The notes below the pieces were generated by a model. That model did no database searches. It was not told the DNA's origin and saw only the letters and a program-made list of their open reading frames with translations. Below are positions 63,410 to 64,000 of a stretch of 64,000 nt of DNA, in pieces. The position numbers were made by a program, and so were the translations under genes. The stretch's first letter is position 1. Each line of letters opens with the position of its first letter. This DNA is from an uncultured Clostridium sp. (GTDB taxonomy: Bacteria; Bacillota; Clostridia; TANB77; CAG-508). Location of the stretch: assembly GCA_947064765.1 (NCBI GenBank), contig CAMSWH010000005.1, positions 1,853 to 65,852 of the forward strand. Direction: 5' to 3'.

Positions 63410-64000
63410 ATGACAACAAGCAACTATCAACAAAACAGCAATGAAAAGGAGGAAACTGCTATGAAGAAAAATGGCAAACGGAATTGGCTTATTGGCGGCG
63501 GCATAATAGCGATTATTCTGCTTATTTTGTGTCTGAGAAGCTGCGGCAGCAATGATGTTCCTACCCCGGATTCAACTCCAACACCAAGCCCTGCGATCAC
63601 AGATGACAATAACACAAATGTGGATGATGTCAGTGAAATGGTAATGTACCTGAACGGCAAGGCTTACAATCACGTCAAGTATGGCGAAGAATTTGTAGAC
63701 GAAGGCGTGCGGATTTGCGAAGTTGGAAATGTGAAAGTGGAATATTCTGAAGAACTGTCCAAGGTTTGGACAAAGGTCGACGTAATCGACGAAAATGGCG
63801 AAAGTCATGAGGTAACAAAAGAGCATCAGGCAAGTAAGTGTGAGATTGATACGACCCAGCCAGGGAAGTATATAATAACTTACACTTACAAGGGAGAAAA
63901 TGGCGATCAGGCTGTGACACGAGTTGTAACAGTTGGAGCAAACCCTGATGCAGAAAGCGAAGATGACAAAAACAGCAGTGAAAACACTGGCAAACCAGAT
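63410..64000 (+). CDS. membrane-anchored protein with Ig-like (DUF5011-type) domain, 3' end outside window (higher-GC DNA)
   Basis: Not in the ORF track because no stop lies inside the window. SD GGAGGTG then ATG 63410. MTTSNYQQNSNEKEETAMKKNGKRNWLIGGGIIAIILLILCLRSCGSN (TM), a Pro/Thr linker, then ...IDTTQPGKYIITYTYKGENGDQAVTRVVTV. Confidence 0.6.
   Translation, partial: MTTSNYQQNSNEKEETAMKKNGKRNWLIGGGIIAIILLILCLRSCGSNDVPTPDSTPTPSPAITDDNNTNVDDVSEMVMYLNGKAYNHVKYGEEFVDEGVRICEVGNVKVEYSEELSKVWTKVDVIDENGESHEVTKEHQASKCEIDTTQPGKYIITYTYKGENGDQAVTRVVTVGANPDAESEDDKNSSENTGKPD

Noticed and set aside
63427-63941. Three minus-strand ORFs (77, 84 and 88 aa) at the window end
   Set aside because: They are shadows of the plus-strand ORF that starts at 63410 with a good SD and signal anchor and runs off the window.

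Overview
AT-rich (about 22-30% GC in the lines I counted) Firmicute/Clostridia-like chromosomal segment in three parts. (1) 1-4.5 kb holds host genes: a serpin-like 3' fragment, a 780-aa coiled-coil protein, deoB, and a tRNA-Leu(CAA) preceded by a perfect 2 x 83-bp tandem repeat. (2) 4,478-41,799 is a ~37.3-kb siphovirus-type prophage inserted in the 3' end of that tRNA and bounded by a 20-bp direct repeat. Integrase, an ImmA-like protein and an XRE repressor lie on the minus strand; everything else is on the plus strand. In order: a frameshifted cro-like gene; an xis-like gene; a DUF1351/RecT/MBL/NinB-like recombination module; a replication-organizer-like gene with internal iterons; many small ORFs; a metallophosphoesterase plus two Pol-beta nucleotidyltransferases; an ArpU/RinA-like late regulator; terminase; portal; an SPP1 gp7-like protein fused to an ADP-ribosyltransferase domain; scaffold; P22-like coat; head-tail and tail genes with a G/GT-type -1 frameshift site; a 4-gene moron island inside the tail module; tape measure; a Tal with S74 chaperone domain; a collagen-like fibre; a BspA/DUF285-type LRR protein; a holin-like protein; a C39-like lysin; then an XRE gene and a small helical protein next to attR. 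(3) 41.8-64 kb holds host genes: histidine phosphatase, MATE, MurB-like, AKR, DUF2000-like, OYE, cmk, MBL, CaCA antiporter, pentapeptide protein, Crp/Fnr, an nrdD-like paralogue followed by nrdD and nrdG, a membrane protein, a YkgJ-type Cys-cluster protein and a PBP. This part is interrupted by three short patches of clearly higher GC, each carrying orphan ORFs. I saw no rRNA, CRISPR array, transposase or reverse transcriptase. I cannot point to one unequivocal new system. The best candidates are a truncated nrdD paralogue that lacks the thiyl-Cys and the glycyl-radical domain, a phage phosphoesterase + nucleotidyltransferase (RNA-repair-like) pair, the moron island in the tail module, a shared 15-bp motif upstream of int and the xis-like gene, and the foreign-GC orphan patches. 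All family calls come from by-eye motif recognition and need database confirmation.
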